Notes under the pieces: generated by a model
Databases searched by the model: none
Told to the model about the DNA's origin: nothing
What the model saw: only the letters and a program-made list of their open reading frames with translations
Made by a program: the position numbers and the translations under genes
In this document: one piece after another, positions 19,390-34,734 of the stretch
Position numbering within the stretch: the stretch's first letter is position 1
Layout: the number at the start of each line of letters is the position of its first letter
Assembly: GCF_009914755.1 (NCBI RefSeq)
Contig: NC_060942.1
DNA from: the human T2T-CHM13v2.0 reference genome, Homo sapiens
Length of the DNA stretch: 64,000 bases
Strand: one strand, 5' to 3'

Positions 19390-20395
19390 AGACATAATTC
19401 ACACATCATCCACCAATTATGCAATTGACAGAATTGTACCATTATCACAATCTTAGGGCACTTTTTCTGTTTATGCCTGCTCGGCTTATGTAAGCACATT
19501 TTCATTACATCAAAAATAAAACTGCCCATTAGCTGTCACCTCCTATTTCCCCCTCCCTCCCAGTCTTAAGCAACCACTAATCCGTCTCTATGGATGTGCC
19601 TATTCTAGAAATTCCGTATAAATGGAATCACACAATATGTAGTAACTGGCTTTTCACTTACAGTACTTCATTCTGTTTATGACTGAATAATATTCCGTTC
19701 TATGGATGGACATTTTGTTTAACCGTTCATCTGTTGATGGACACGTGGGTTTCCACATTTTGGCTTCTGTGTACGAGTTTCTATGTGGACATATGCGTTC
19801 AATTCTCCTGGGTATGAAACTGCTGGGTCAAATGGTAACACCATGTTTATCTTTTTTTATTTTTTTGAGACAGGGTCTTGCTCAGTTGCCCAGGCTGGAG
19901 TGCAGTGGCACAACCATGGCTTACTGCAGCCTTGACCTCTGGGGCTTAAGTGATCCTCCTGCCTCAGCCCGCCGAGTAGCTGGGCCCACAGGCACGCACC
20001 ACCATGCCCAGCTAATTGTTCTGTATTTTTTGTAGAGACAGGGTCTCACCAGGTTGCCCAGGCTGGTCGTGAACTCCTGGGCTCAAGCAATCTGCCTGTC
20101 TCAGCCTTCCAAAGTGCTGGGATTACAGGCTTGAGACACCTGCACCCGGCCCATGTTTAACTTTTTGACGACCTGCCTGCCTGTGTTACCACTTTGCCAC
20201 CAGCAGTGTGTGAGGGCTCCAATTTCTCCACATCCTTGCAAACGCTTGTTGCGATCTTTTTGTATCTAGCCGAACTTGTAGGTGTGAAGTGGCGTCTCAC
20301 TGTGGTTTTGATTTGCACCTTCCTTAACAAGCAGTGATGCTGAGTGTCTCTTCGTGTGCTTCCTGGCCGTCTGTTTCACCTGCTCTGGAGAAATA
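19390..20395 (-). mobile_element. L1MB-like fragment with an inserted Alu (~19855-20152)
   Basis: 'gcaaccactaatccgtctctatggatgtgcctattctaga' and 'ccaatttctccacatccttgc'. Confidence 0.75.
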
Positions 20396-20970
20396 GCAGG
20401 AGTGTAATACTGAGTGTCTGTTACATGCCAGGTACTCGAGGTCACATACACGTTCTCCCTAGCCCCTCATTCTGATACGCTGTTGCACTCTCCTACTTTA
20501 TACATAGAAAAATCAGCACTTGGGAGATTAAACTGCAGATTTGCATTTGAATTTTAAATCCATTTAAAAAGCACACACTCATTTGTACTGTATGTAAAAA
20601 ATGTGCTTCATTCTGTAAGTACCCTCCCGTTTCCACAACAGCAATCAATCTCCCGACAGCAGCGAGCCCTGTGCACCACTCCTGTGCCCGGCAGGCACCA
20701 TGTGCTTCTGCGTCCACATCTGTGTGCAGGGCAGACACTATTATCCGCCTTTACCAAGGAGGAAACAAAGCTCAGAGAAGGTACCCTGCCCAAGGTCACT
20801 TGGTGGGGCAGAGCCTGGGTCTGAGGTCAGAGGGCCCACGGTGTGCTCAAGTGCCCCCATCCCTGCCCTTCCTCACTTTCACTTCAGAGCTCGAGTGTGC
20901 TGAGACGGGACACGAAGATCCCAACCAACCATCCACACTGCTAGGATGACAGAGGGCAAGAGAAACCTGA

Positions 20971-21284
<314 letters not shown>

Positions 21285-21458
21285 ATAAGGAAATTTTCTA
21301 ACTATATGAACTGAAGGGCCATGGCTTCTACAGAAAATATGTTTACATCAAATACAATCTTGGGAAGAATAAAAAATAGCTCTCCTATTCCTTACAGGGA
21401 AGGCTATAAACAATATTTTATTGTACTGTTTTTATAACCAGAGTAAACCTTTGGATTC

Positions 21459-21905
21459 TGTCATGGATTGAATTGTGTAACCGCAAAATTTATATATTGA
21501 AGTCCTAACCCCCAGCACCTCAGACTGTGACTTTTGTGGACATAAGATCCTTGCAAATGTAATTAGTTAAGATTAGGCCATGCTGGAGCAGGGTGGGCCC
21601 CAATCCAACACAGCTGGTGTCACTACGAAAAGGGGAAATTTTGGACACCAGCACCCACACAGGGAGGACACAGGTGAAGGCAGAGATGGGGCGAAGTATC
21701 CACACACCAAGGAACTGAAAATACCACCAGCAGCCCCCAGAAGCCAGGGACAGGCCTGAGCAGATTCCCCTCACGGCCTCAGCAGTGACCCCCCACCCGC
21801 GACACCCTGATCTCAGACCCCCCGCCTGCAAAGCTGTGAGAGCACACATCTCTGTTAAAGCCCAGCTCGCGGCATATGCTGTCACCGCAGCCCCAGCAAA
21901 CCAAC
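21459..21905 (+). mobile_element. MLT1B-like MaLR LTR
   Basis: 'tgtcatggattgaattgtgt...gaagtcctaacccccag...gtaattagttaagat'. Confidence 0.8.
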
Positions 21906-22053
21906 CCAGTATGCAAAACGCACAGGCTCACAGGATAAACACCTTCGTTTTACTCCAAGGGTAAGAATTAACTTTGACTAGGAAAATCAGTAATCTATTC
22001 ATTAAGTTTCCTGAGAACAAACAAGTAGGCCTGCTCCTCTCACCACGTGCTTG

Positions 22054-22059
22054 TTTATT
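22054..22059 (-). terminator. TXNL4A: Proximal AATAAA polyadenylation signal of TXNL4A
   Basis: TTTATT on + (AATAAA on -), ~150 nt after the stop codon. Confidence 0.65.
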
Positions 22060-22206
22060 TCGGTGAGTTAAGACCATGTTATCAATTCCATCTCAGAGGT
22101 GCTCCAGCCCTGGAGCTTCCTGTATTTTCCAAAGGCTTTAAATAGCTTAAAACGTTTCCATACAAAAAGGGCTCCACGACATTTATCCGCGCAGACTGAG
22201 GGCGCC

Positions 22207-22378
22207 TCAGTAGCGGTACTTGGTGGAGTAGTCCTTGGGGGACACCACCAGGCCGCGGCCTTTGCGGGCCCCGCGGTACACCGTCTCGATGATGTCCACC
22301 ATCTCCTGCTTGTCCTCCATGGCCCAGTTAATCTTGTTGTTGTTGCCAGTCCCCAAGTCAATCATGATGTGCTTGTTC
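22207..22378 (-). CDS. TXNL4A: TXNL4A coding exon 3 (NKHIMIDLGTGNNNKINWAMEDKQEMVDIIETVYRGARKGRGLVVSPKDYSTKYRY-stop)
   Basis: Recognised DIM1 C-terminus. Acceptor gtttctcgttgcag|G, TGA at 22209-22207. The three exons sum to 153+104+172 = 429 nt (142 aa + stop). Confidence 0.97.
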
Positions 22379-24769
22379 CTGCAACGAGAAACAAGGGCAT
22401 CCATTCTCATAGAAGTCTCTTTAAAAAAGAATTCCTTGAAAACAATGCCGTATTTTTCCCACTGTGACAAGCTCTTGTTAACATCACTGAAGAACGCGTA
22501 AAATCGAGAGTGTATGCCATGATGCAGGAGAATACAGGAAGCAGCTAAATGTGTTTTTAAAGATGCAATGCATTGTCCACCATGCTCTTTCCTGCATTTT
22601 TCTGTATTTATTTAGGACAGTTATTCTAAGGGGAAATTAAAAGGTCAAAGGAGGGCAGGCGCAGTGGCTCATGCCTGTAATCCCAACTCTATGGGAGGCT
22701 GAGGCAGGAGGATCACTTGAGGCCCGGAGTCCGAGATCAACATGGATAACAAAATGAGACCCCCATCTAATTTGTACTAATTTACCTGATAAAAGCAATG
22801 TGTAAGTTTTTCACAGTGCTCTTATGAGCAATGACATAAATTGTATTAAAAGCCCTTCAACTATGAAATGAAGATGACATTTTGCATGTTTATGGTTAGG
22901 GAAGTAGATAATTCTTTACTTATCTTTCAAGAGACTAGTTCTTTTCCTCATGAATACTCATGTGCACTTTACAAGATAAGGATATTAACCCTTTGTTGTA
23001 CTGGCATAAATTTATCCTGGTTTGTTGAAGTTTCTTTTTGAGATGGGGTCTCACTGTCATCTAGGCTAGGGCATAGTGGCAAAATCAACCTCCTGGCCCA
23101 AATGATCCTCCCACCTCAGCCCTCTAAGTAACTGGGACCACAGGCACGAGCCACCACACCCAGATAAATTTCTAGTTTTTTGTAAAGATGGGGTGTCCCC
23201 ATGTTGGCCAGGCTGGTCTCAAACTCATGGCCTCAAGTGATCCTCCCACCTCGGCCTCCCAAAGTGCTGGGATTACAAACGTGAGCCACTGTGCCGGCCT
23301 GATTATTTTTCTTAGAGATGCGAGCTATGTTGCTAAGGCCGGACTCAAACCCCTAGCTCCAGTCCCACCCCGGCCTGCAGAGTGGCTGGGCTGCAGGCAT
23401 ACCCCACCTAAAGACTGTTTTTTAACGTTCACTTCCACAAGATCATGCATTTGGCTTCCACCTACTATTCCGTAGAAAGTATTCCCCGTGAAGTCTCTGG
23501 TTCAGGAGAGGCAAATCTGATCAGGGTCTGGAGCCCACCTCTGGCCGCCCTCTCATTCTCCATGCTGCAGGCAGGCCCTACATGCAGCATGCACCAAGCT
23601 CCTTCTACAATGACTGGGGGCTGCCCGTAGCACCCTCCCTGCAGCCCTATCTGACCTGGGTGTACTTCTTCGGTATTTATATCTCATAAACATCTGCCTC
23701 CTTTCACTTCTTCAGAACCCCCTGCTAATTTACTCAGCTGTTTCTATCAGACAACGTCCTATGAGAGTGGGAATCCTGTCTTATCTGACATTAGGCTCCA
23801 CCACTAGACCACAAACCTGGTGGGGGCTCAAGATATATGTTTGGTGCATAAGTTAACTAAAGTACCGTTTGTCTTAAAATTCTAAATCACAGAAACAGCA
23901 GAAGGAAGTTTCATCTCCTTTTCTGAGTACAGCATCAGTCCTAAAAATATCAAACTACACTAAGTAGGCTGCTCCCGCCACCCAAGGCTGTTGCCTGCAG
24001 CCTCCTTGCCCCTCACAGCATCTCCAGCCCCAGGCTGGCCTCCACTGCACGCTGTGGGGGGCAGAGACCTAAGACGGCCCTCCCTGTTCTCACCTGAAGA
24101 ATTCTGAGGGGCAAAATAGAAAAGGCCTCTATTGCCTCGAACAGGCTGTTAACAGAAATATGGACTTCAGGAACACCTGGTGTGGGCTTGGAAGGAAGTG
24201 AGGAGTGTGTTACTGGGAAACGGAGAAAAGGGGACCCCCGTTACAGAGTGGCCGAGGAACAGGGACACGGGGTCCGCAGTTATAGGAAGTCAGAGCTCAA
24301 AAGCAACACACTCGGGATATTTAGCTGCGGAAACTTCCAAGCAAAGTCTCGGAGGTGCTGCCTTCAAGAGAGGAAAGAGGCAAATTAGTGTAAGAACTGT
24401 TAACAAAAGGAATAAATTCTTTAGCCTCTCCGGATGGCCAAAGGGGCTGAAATTCAGAAATGGCTGCTGAACACACAGTAGAGAAAAGGATGAGGGTCAG
24501 CCACGCAACCTTTGCTGAAACCTAGGAAAGATGAAAAGTTCACAAGAAATGCAGGGTGCACCTCACAGATCTTCTCAACCTAACAGGAGGCACCTAGGAA
24601 GCCAAGGGCATGTCCAGGGGAGCGTATCCCGACGCCCAGAACCACGGCAGTGCCTCACGCTTTGGCAGCCTGAGGCGGGAGGATGGCTCGAAGCCAGGAG
24701 TTCAAGCTTGCTGTGATGGTGCCACTGCACTCCACCCTGGGTGAGAGTGAGACTCCATCTCAATAAATA

Positions 24770-25205
24770 AATAAAACAAGGTCACTATCCTGGATTATTT
24801 GGGCAAGTCTAATCTTATCACAGTCCTCTAAAACCAGAGCATTTTCTCAGGCAGAACTTTTCAGGTCAGAGAACCTGTGTGAAAAGATCTCAATGTGCCG
24901 GCATGCCAGTGCTGGCTTTGAGGGTAACTGGGTCTCTGGCAGCAGAGTGGCCTCAGGTAACAGCAGCAAGGAAGCAGATCTCAGACCCACCACCACGAAG
25001 AGCCAAACTCGGCCCACAACCCAAACAAGCCCCTCAAACACTCCAGATAAGCACCCAGCCCATGGTTCAGACCTTGTGAGACCCTGAGCAGGAATCCAGC
25101 GGGCCCTGCCTGGATGTCTGACTTACAGAACTGTGAGCTCAGAAAAGCGGGGTGATTTAAGCTGCTCAATGCGTGCTAATTTGTTACAAAGAATACAAAA
25201 CTAAC
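24770..25205 (+). mobile_element. MLT1-type LTR fragment
   Basis: 'ctatcctggattatttgggc' and 'ctgacttacagaactgtgag...tttaagctgct'. Confidence 0.65.
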
Positions 25206-25239
25206 GCATACCCTATACAACCCACCTGACCTTCCTTAC

Positions 25240-25309
25240 CGAGTAGGAGGCTCCACCTTTGGAGAATGGTCTAATGCTCATGTAGCTAATTCACCAACCT
25301 CTATGGTAA
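25240..25309 (-). other. TXNL4A: Predicted 70-nt cassette exon in TXNL4A intron 2 introducing SYHRGW-stop
   Basis: On the - strand: ctgatgctgtttttacttgtttag|TTACCATAGAGGTTGGTGA...CTCG|gtaagg. Inferred from splice signals only. Confidence 0.6.
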
Positions 25310-25500
25310 CTAAACAAGTAAAAACAGCATCAGATGGTGATTTCTTTCCCCATTAAATTTCCATAATGAAATTTTTGAGCTGATAAAATAATCTTGTATT
25401 TATAAGCAAAGTAGTTCAGGTGTTCCTCTTGGATATAAAAAAGGACACCGAAGTTGATGATAACATATTTAATAAATTAGGTTTTTGATTTTTTTTTTGA

Positions 25501-25608
<108 letters not shown>

Positions 25609-26118
25609 TAGCTGGGATTACAGGTATGCACCACCACGCCCGGCTAATTTTGTATTTTTAGTAGAGACTCGGTTTCACCATCTTAGCCCAGCTGGTCTCG
25701 AACTCCTGACCTTGTGATCCACCCACCTCGGCCTCCCAAAGTGCTGGGATTACAGGCGCTGTGAGCCACTGTGCCCGGCCTAAATTTGTGATTTTACAAC
25801 ATTTTTGATGAACAGATTATAGTTCCAGGTATCTAAAATGTCAGTAACAACATCTTTCATTGAATTACACTTCACCTAGGTTTCCCCGCAAAGTTATTTC
25901 AAAAGGGTAATTTGTTATTGAGTAAATGCTAAAACTAGAATTGTTACTTTGAAAATTATTTCAAAGATTCACACTGATTGCCTGGTGATACAAACGATTT
26001 TGGGACATGACTGTACAACCAACTTCCTTCAAAATAAAATAATCTAAAGAGATCTTGATTACATTAAGCTTCCAAACTGACAATATTCAATTTCAGTAAC
26101 AACTTTAAGATAACGTAC

Positions 26119-26222
26119 CTGAAGAAAAACATGACAGTACATGGATCGTATAACTCATACATTTTGTTGAAGTCAGGCACTTCTGTAATATCCACAAGAT
26201 AAATAACTGCAAAATTTTTAAC
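26119..26222 (-). CDS. TXNL4A: TXNL4A coding exon 2 (VKNFAVIYLVDITEVPDFNKMYELYDPCTVMFFF + AG)
   Basis: Acceptor ccttttag|GTT, donor CAG|GTACGT, and recognised DIM1 sequence. Confidence 0.97.
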
Positions 26223-26574
26223 CTAAAAGGAGATTAAAAAAAAAAACTGAAATAACAGAACACTTTGGCTTTCATTTTATAGAAGCACATTTATAAAAAC
26301 AAAACCAAGAATTTGTGTGGATCAGGGCAATTTTTGTTTTGTTTTTTTGAGACAGGGTCTCACTCTGTCATCCTAGAGTGCAATGGTGCAATCAGCTCAC
26401 TGCAGCCTCGACCTCCCAGGCTCAAGCTATCCTCCCACCTCAGCCTCCCAAAGTGCTGGGATTATAGGAGTGAGCCATCACTCCTGGCCAACGGGGCAAT
26501 TTTCAAACTAATTCTTCAACATTTTTTCCCAGTGCAGCAAACACGTGGGAAGATCATGTGACACTACTGGGACC

Positions 26575-26684
26575 TTGGCCACCGGCTCCTTCCGCCTCAC
26601 GCCACCGTTTCCCAGAATAGTTCAGGAATTGGCCGCTGGCTCCTTCCGCCTCACTTTACCATCTCCCAGAATCGCCCAGGAATT
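26575..26684. repeat. 54-bp tandem duplication (2 diverged copies)
   Basis: TTGGCC...GGCTCCTTCCGCCTCAC...CCCAGAAT...CAGGAATT at 26575 and 26629. Confidence 0.85.
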
Positions 26685-26981
26685 AAATTTCACTCAGGTA
26701 ACAAGTTATCAAAGTCCTGCAGAAAACGTCCACAGACATATTATTTATGCTGATCTAGTAATCATCTGTATGAACCTTTACAAATAGTTACATGCATCTC
26801 ACAACTGCTCTAAAATATACCTGTAGAATCCTGCCATCATTTCCCCGCAATTAGGTCTGAACACTTGCAAATATTAATAGTACCTCCAATAATACTGCAT
26901 ATAACACATTTTCTGTTATTTTTTCTTTAATTGCAAGTTTATCAGAGATTTAGAAAAGTCAGAAAAATAAAAAGAAAATAA

Positions 26982-27345
<364 letters not shown>

Positions 27346-27414
27346 TAGATATATATTTTTTAATTTGTTCATATTATTTCTGTTCAGACATAGCAAAATA
27401 TGGTCATATTGTGA

Positions 27415-28245
<831 letters not shown>

Positions 28246-28436
28246 CATTCTTCTGTTACTCTCTGATTGTTCATTAATATTATTCATCTGTGAACATTTT
28301 CCCCCTTAAATTTGTATACATACTTCATTATTTCCTAAAGACAAATTCCTAAAATTCTGGAACAAAGGATATGACATTTTAAAGGCTCTTTATAAATACT
28401 AACTCAATGCCCTTTAGAAGCTTGTAGCCACTTACA

Positions 28437-28875
28437 TGTGTTATGAGTTAAACTGTGTCCCCAAAACAGTTGAAGTCCTAAACCCCCAAAGTGACAGCGC
28501 AGCTTATTTGGAAACGGTACTGCAGGCGTAATCAGTTAAGGTAAGATGAGGTCATACTGGAGTAGGTGGGCCCCTAATCTGGTGTGACTGGTGTCCTTAG
28601 AGGAAAATGGCCACATAAAGACACAGGGACAGGAGGCTCTGGGGGCATCGAGGACTGCAGAGGCGTCTACAAGCCTAGGAGCTCCAAGAGGCTGCTGGCA
28701 GCACCAGAAGCTGGGAGAAGCATGAGGACTCTCCTTGGCAGGTTTCAGAGAGAGCCCAGCCTGGAAAACACCTCGATTCTGGACTTCTGGTATCCAGAAT
28801 TGTGAGAGAAGTTTCTGTTGTTTTAAGCCCCTCAGCTTGCAGCATCCTCTCACAGCAGTCACGGGAAATCAATGG
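28437..28875 (+). mobile_element. MLT1B/C-like MaLR LTR
   Basis: 'tgttatgagttaaactgtgtcccc...gatgaggtcatactggagtaggtgggccctaatc'. Confidence 0.8.
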
Positions 28876-29212
28876 GATATGCACAACATTTCTTCATATA
28901 AAACTAAATCTTTACAACCTGACTGTAACTTACAGGTGAAATAATTATATCTGGGATTTCCATGAAACACACAGCCTAAAAAAATGAGGGGTTAGGTAAC
29001 ACAAGACCAGCAAAATACCAGCAATTGTTGAAGTGGAACAATAGGAACAGACGGGTTCACTATACTCTCTACTTTGGGAAATATTTTTTAAAAATTAAGA
29101 TGGAAATGTAAACCATGGAGCAGGGTGGGGAGAGGGGGAGGGGGAAAGCCCACACTTCACAAAGACTCCACTGCCCTTCAGCTTTGGTGAAAAAAACCGT
29201 ATCAGAACTCCA

Positions 29213-29400
29213 GCACAGGGCCCACTGCAGGAGCGTGCGCCTCGCCATCCATGTGCTTTCAAAACCCCAAGGTGAGCACACGGCCCACTGCAGGAGCATG
29301 CAACTCGCCATCCATGTGCTTTCAAAACCCCAAAGTGAGCACACGGCCCACTGCAGGGGCATGCGACTCCCCGTCCATGTGCTTTCAAAACCCCAAAGTG
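29213..29400. repeat. 63-bp tandem repeat, 3 copies
   Basis: CCCACTGCAG at 29221, 29284 and 29347. Confidence 0.92.
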
Positions 29401-29858
29401 ATGTTTGCATTAGACATGGGCCCCTCTGAGTCCGGTCACTCTGACAACGCCCATTTCTGAAACTCTAGTTTCCCGCAGCGTCCACAGTGAGAATGTGTTG
29501 GTCAGGTTGCCAGAATCCAGCTTTATTTTCATGGTAAACTAATAAACTGTCTTTTGATTTGACTTAAACACAAAATACTTCCCTACAGAAGCTAAAATAA
29601 ATACACCAACAAAATAAATGGTCACAGGCATTAGGAAAGTCAAAATAATATTTCATTATTCTCCCTTCAATGCCTTGCTCAGGGACAGATACAATAAATA
29701 CCAGTAACATCATATTAACTTACGGAATCACCATGCAAATAATAAATTACTTGAAATATCATTTGGACAGGGTTGTAAATTGTGTACTTAAGAAAAAAGA
29801 AAGGTCACAACAAATTTTTACCATCCCTTTTCTTGCACGTAAAAAATAGTAAATATTA

Positions 29859-30323
<465 letters not shown>

Positions 30324-31503
30324 CTACCACATAAAGCTCACGTGCCACGAGAACGTGAACATCCTCTGATTTCACCACAGACCAGTTTCATGAACACTTG
30401 AGAATCCACCATGTATGAGGCACTTTTCACTCATGGATTCTAATTCTTTCAACACCTCTAAATAGATGTCGCCATGTTTTAGGTGATGGAATTCAGGCTC
30501 AGAAAGGTCACGTGAGTGATGCCCAGCCGCACGGGGAAGGGGCAGAGCTGAGATGCACTCTGTCTGGCTCCAAAGCCTGAACTCTGGATGACAGAATCAG
30601 CCTAACCCACAGGAGACGGGGCGGCAGTGTGGTCACGGGGTGGCAGGGAAATATCTGTCCTTAGAGAATTCCATGTGTAAAGAGAAAGACACAAGACCAG
30701 CAGCCAGGTCTCAGATCCAGCACCAGGGCAAGGAAGCAGAAGTGCAGGACAGTGGGGACCGATGCGCAGGTGGACTGGCCCACAGAGGACCTTTTCCACT
30801 TGGGATTCTGGGCCATGTATTTATTTCTAAGAAAGCAGGAATTGAAGAGTTCAGTTTTGTATATACTGAGTTTGAGAAAACTAAGGGACATCCAGAGAAA
30901 AAGGCCCTCCAGGTAGCGACTGGCCTGGAGCTGTACAATGGAGTCTGGGCTGGAGAGAGCTACCTTACTGCCGCCACCTACATCCAGCAGTGATCCCAGC
31001 CAGGGTGGCAGGTGCCAGGCTTGGGAGTGAGTGCAGAAGCCCACTGTAGAGTTGGGGGCAGGAAAGGGATGCCAAGGAGGCAGTCTCAGAAACCAAGGCA
31101 GGAGACTCCGGGGAGCTGTGCCGAGTGCCCCAGAGAGGTTACCAGAAAGGACGATATGGGAACGGGGACACTGCAGGGGCTGAAGGACTGAGGAACAGAG
31201 GACTTCAGTGTGGACAACTTTCAAAAGCCGTGGCTATGGAGAGAGAGGGAAGTTACTGTGGGACTTGGGAGTTCAGATAGGAGAGGCTGAAAGAGGCAGG
31301 CAGAGGGGAGCTCCCCAGCCTCCCACCACCCCATTTTCTTGGTGAAATGGCATCTGTGGGGTGACTGGAGGAGCATGAGCTGAGGGCAAACATCAGCAAA
31401 CATCCAGCAGCATCTGCTGGTGGCGACATTTCCACAGTAACCAAGCGCTTGGAGGAGGAGCTGGGTGAGTGCAGCCACACTGCTCTGCCAAGTCATCCTG
31501 TGA

Positions 31504-31893
<390 letters not shown>

Positions 31894-32438
31894 TAAGCAT
31901 GCTTTTTCTTTAGGCAAGTCAGCAATTAAAGTGCTCAGCAGTTCTTCCGCATGCCTCTAAGTCCACCTGCCAAGTTACAATGACATAACTCTGCAAAACA
32001 CATGACCAAACTGGCACATGATACCAACCACTGTTCTACACTTTTGTATGGAGTCCCTCAACCAGCTAAGAAAACACCTAAAATTCCGGAAAAAGTGTTC
32101 TGGGCAGTTGATTAGCACAACAAATTTTTGAAGTGTTTATTTTTACATTTTTAGGTAATTCATGTCAAAGCCATAAAAAAAACTGAAAAACTTGACTTTC
32201 TAAAATTAATGTTTGCCTTAATCAGCTCTCACAATAACTTGCAAACTTAGTAATGTGAGAGAAGTAATCACAGTAATAACAGTGGCATTACTGCCCATGT
32301 GACAGGAGTGCTCTAGAAACCTTTATTAATCCCACCACAACCCTATGAGTGAGGCACAAGTATGCCCTTTTTACAGGTAAGATGACCCACGGGGCCAAGT
32401 TCGTAACGCTCATGCAGTTATGAAGTGCCAAGAGCCTA

Positions 32439-32599
32439 GCTAGAGTCTGCACCCTCAACCGCCGCTCAACACCACTCCTCATACCTTGTGGCTAGAGTCT
32501 GCACCCTCAACCGCCGCTCAACACCACCCCTCATACCTTGTGGCTAGAGTCTGCACCCTCAACCACGGCTCAACATCACCCCTCATACCTTGTGGCTAG
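32439..32599. repeat. 52-bp tandem repeat, 3 copies, at the end of a MIR-like fragment
   Basis: GCTAGAGTCTGCACCCTCAACC at 32439, 32491 and 32543. Confidence 0.92.
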
Positions 32600-33413
32600 C
32601 TACAAGGCTGTTTTTTTTCCAGAGACAAAAATCCAGAGGAAACACCAAAAATATCCATTCTGTTTGTTTCTACAAGATTCCTCATCTAGCTGAGTGTTGA
32701 CTCTCACTGGTTCAGTAGGCGTTCTGTGATCCTTAATGTGATACTTAAGATACACCCCTTAATATGGCTCCTATGAAGTTCCATAAATATATATCTGCCT
32801 TACACACAATTTATTAGAATGTACTATCATGGGCCAGGCATGGTGGCTCACACTTGTAATCCCAGAATTTTGGGAGGCTGAGGTGACTGGCTCACTTGAG
32901 GACAGGAGTTTGAGACCAGCCTGGCCAATATGGCAAAACCACATCTCTACCAAAAATACAAAAATTAGCAGGGTGTGGTGGTGGTGCAGGCCTGTAGTCC
33001 CAGCTACTCAGGAGGCTGAGGTTGCAGTGAGCCAAGATCGTGCCACTGCACTCTAGCCTGGACAACACAAGAAGACTCTTGTCTCAAACAAACAAAAAAA
33101 ATGTACTATCATGAGTCAATAATATTACTGAGGAATTTTTTTGTTTTGTTTTTAGAGATGGGGTCTCGCTCTATCACCCAGGGTGGAGTGCAACGGCACG
33201 ATGATAGCTTACTGCAGCCTTGACCTCCTGAGCTCATACTCTGTCTTAGCCTCCTGAGTAGTGGGGTTACAGGCACATGCTACAATGCCCAGCTCACTGA
33301 GACTATTTTAAACTCTATTTGCGTGGGCTTTTTAACACAAAAAATAAACGTCCCATTCAGTCTTCTCACCCATCATGGGATTTAGGTAACAGTGAACCCC
33401 AAGCACTGCTGTG

Positions 33414-33743
33414 AGTGTTCCTACAAAATGGAAAGACAGCTCAAAGGCACATGAAATTGTCCCCTCTGAGAGCGTTCCTACAAAATAGAAAGACAGCTCA
33501 AAGGCACATGAAATTGTCTCCTGTGACGGCGTTCCCACAAAATGGAAAGACAGCTCAAAGGTCCATGAAATTGTCTCCTGTGACGGTGTTCCTACAAAAT
33601 GGAAAGATAGCTCAAAGGTACATGAAATTGTCTCCTGTGATGGTGTTCCTACAAAATGGAAAGACAGCTCAAAGGTCCATGAAATTGTCTCCTGTGACAG
33701 TGTTCCTACAAAATGGAAAGACAGCTCGTACATGAAATTGTCT
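33414..33743. repeat. 57-bp minisatellite, about 6 copies
   Basis: CTACAAAAT at 33421 and 33478 and onward. The ORF track shows a 19-aa periodicity on both strands. Confidence 0.93.
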
Positions 33744-34545
33744 CGCTTCAAAACTGCATAAAATCAGCTGCTAAATAGAAAACTTTTTTTTTTTGAGACA
33801 GGGTCTCGCTCTGTCACCCAGGCTGGCATGCAGTGGCGCGATCACGGCTTGTCACAGCCTTGAACTCCTGGACTCATATCCTCCCACCTCGGCCTACCAA
33901 GTAGTTGGGACCACAGGCACATGCCACAACGCCTAGCTAATGTTTGCATTTTTTGTACAGACAAGGTTTCACCATGTTGCCCGGGCTGTTCTCGAACTCC
34001 TGGGCTCAAGGGAACCACCCACCTCGGCCTCCCAAAATGCTGGGACCACAGGCGTGAGACACAGTGCCCAGATGAAAACTTTATTTATTATTATCACTTT
34101 ATCAAATGAATTGCCCCACATTTATTAGCAAACTCTAGGCATCTGTGAAATCTTTTAAGCGTAGCTCTGTTTCCAAACTGACTTTATTCCTGAAGTTTAC
34201 AGCTCAACTCTAATCCAGCATGAAGTCAAGTGGGCCCTGTGGAAGCAGCAAATCAATACAACACATCTAGGAAAAATCATATCAAGTCCAGCCTGAACAT
34301 TTGCAACTGTTACTCACTTTAAAACAGCTGGAATATCCAGACAGAACTCGGAACAAGGTAAGGAAGAGTCCCCATTATCTGCCATTTCTGCACAGGGAAA
34401 TTTTTAAATAGTTATATTGTTCTTTATACTAAAACCTTATATTTCAAAAATTTCTGTTGAGCTTCTCCAAAAAAGGGCTTCCAGAATTAGGAAGTCATAT
34501 TTGCCCATAGACTAAGAAGAAAATAAAACATGAATATTCTTTTAA

Positions 34546-34734
<189 letters not shown>

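Noticed and set aside
22379-22470. N-terminal extension MSQWEK... of the TXNL4A exon 3 ORF
   Set aside because: It lies upstream of the acceptor at 22378, so it is intronic. The spliced CDS sums exactly to 142 aa without it.
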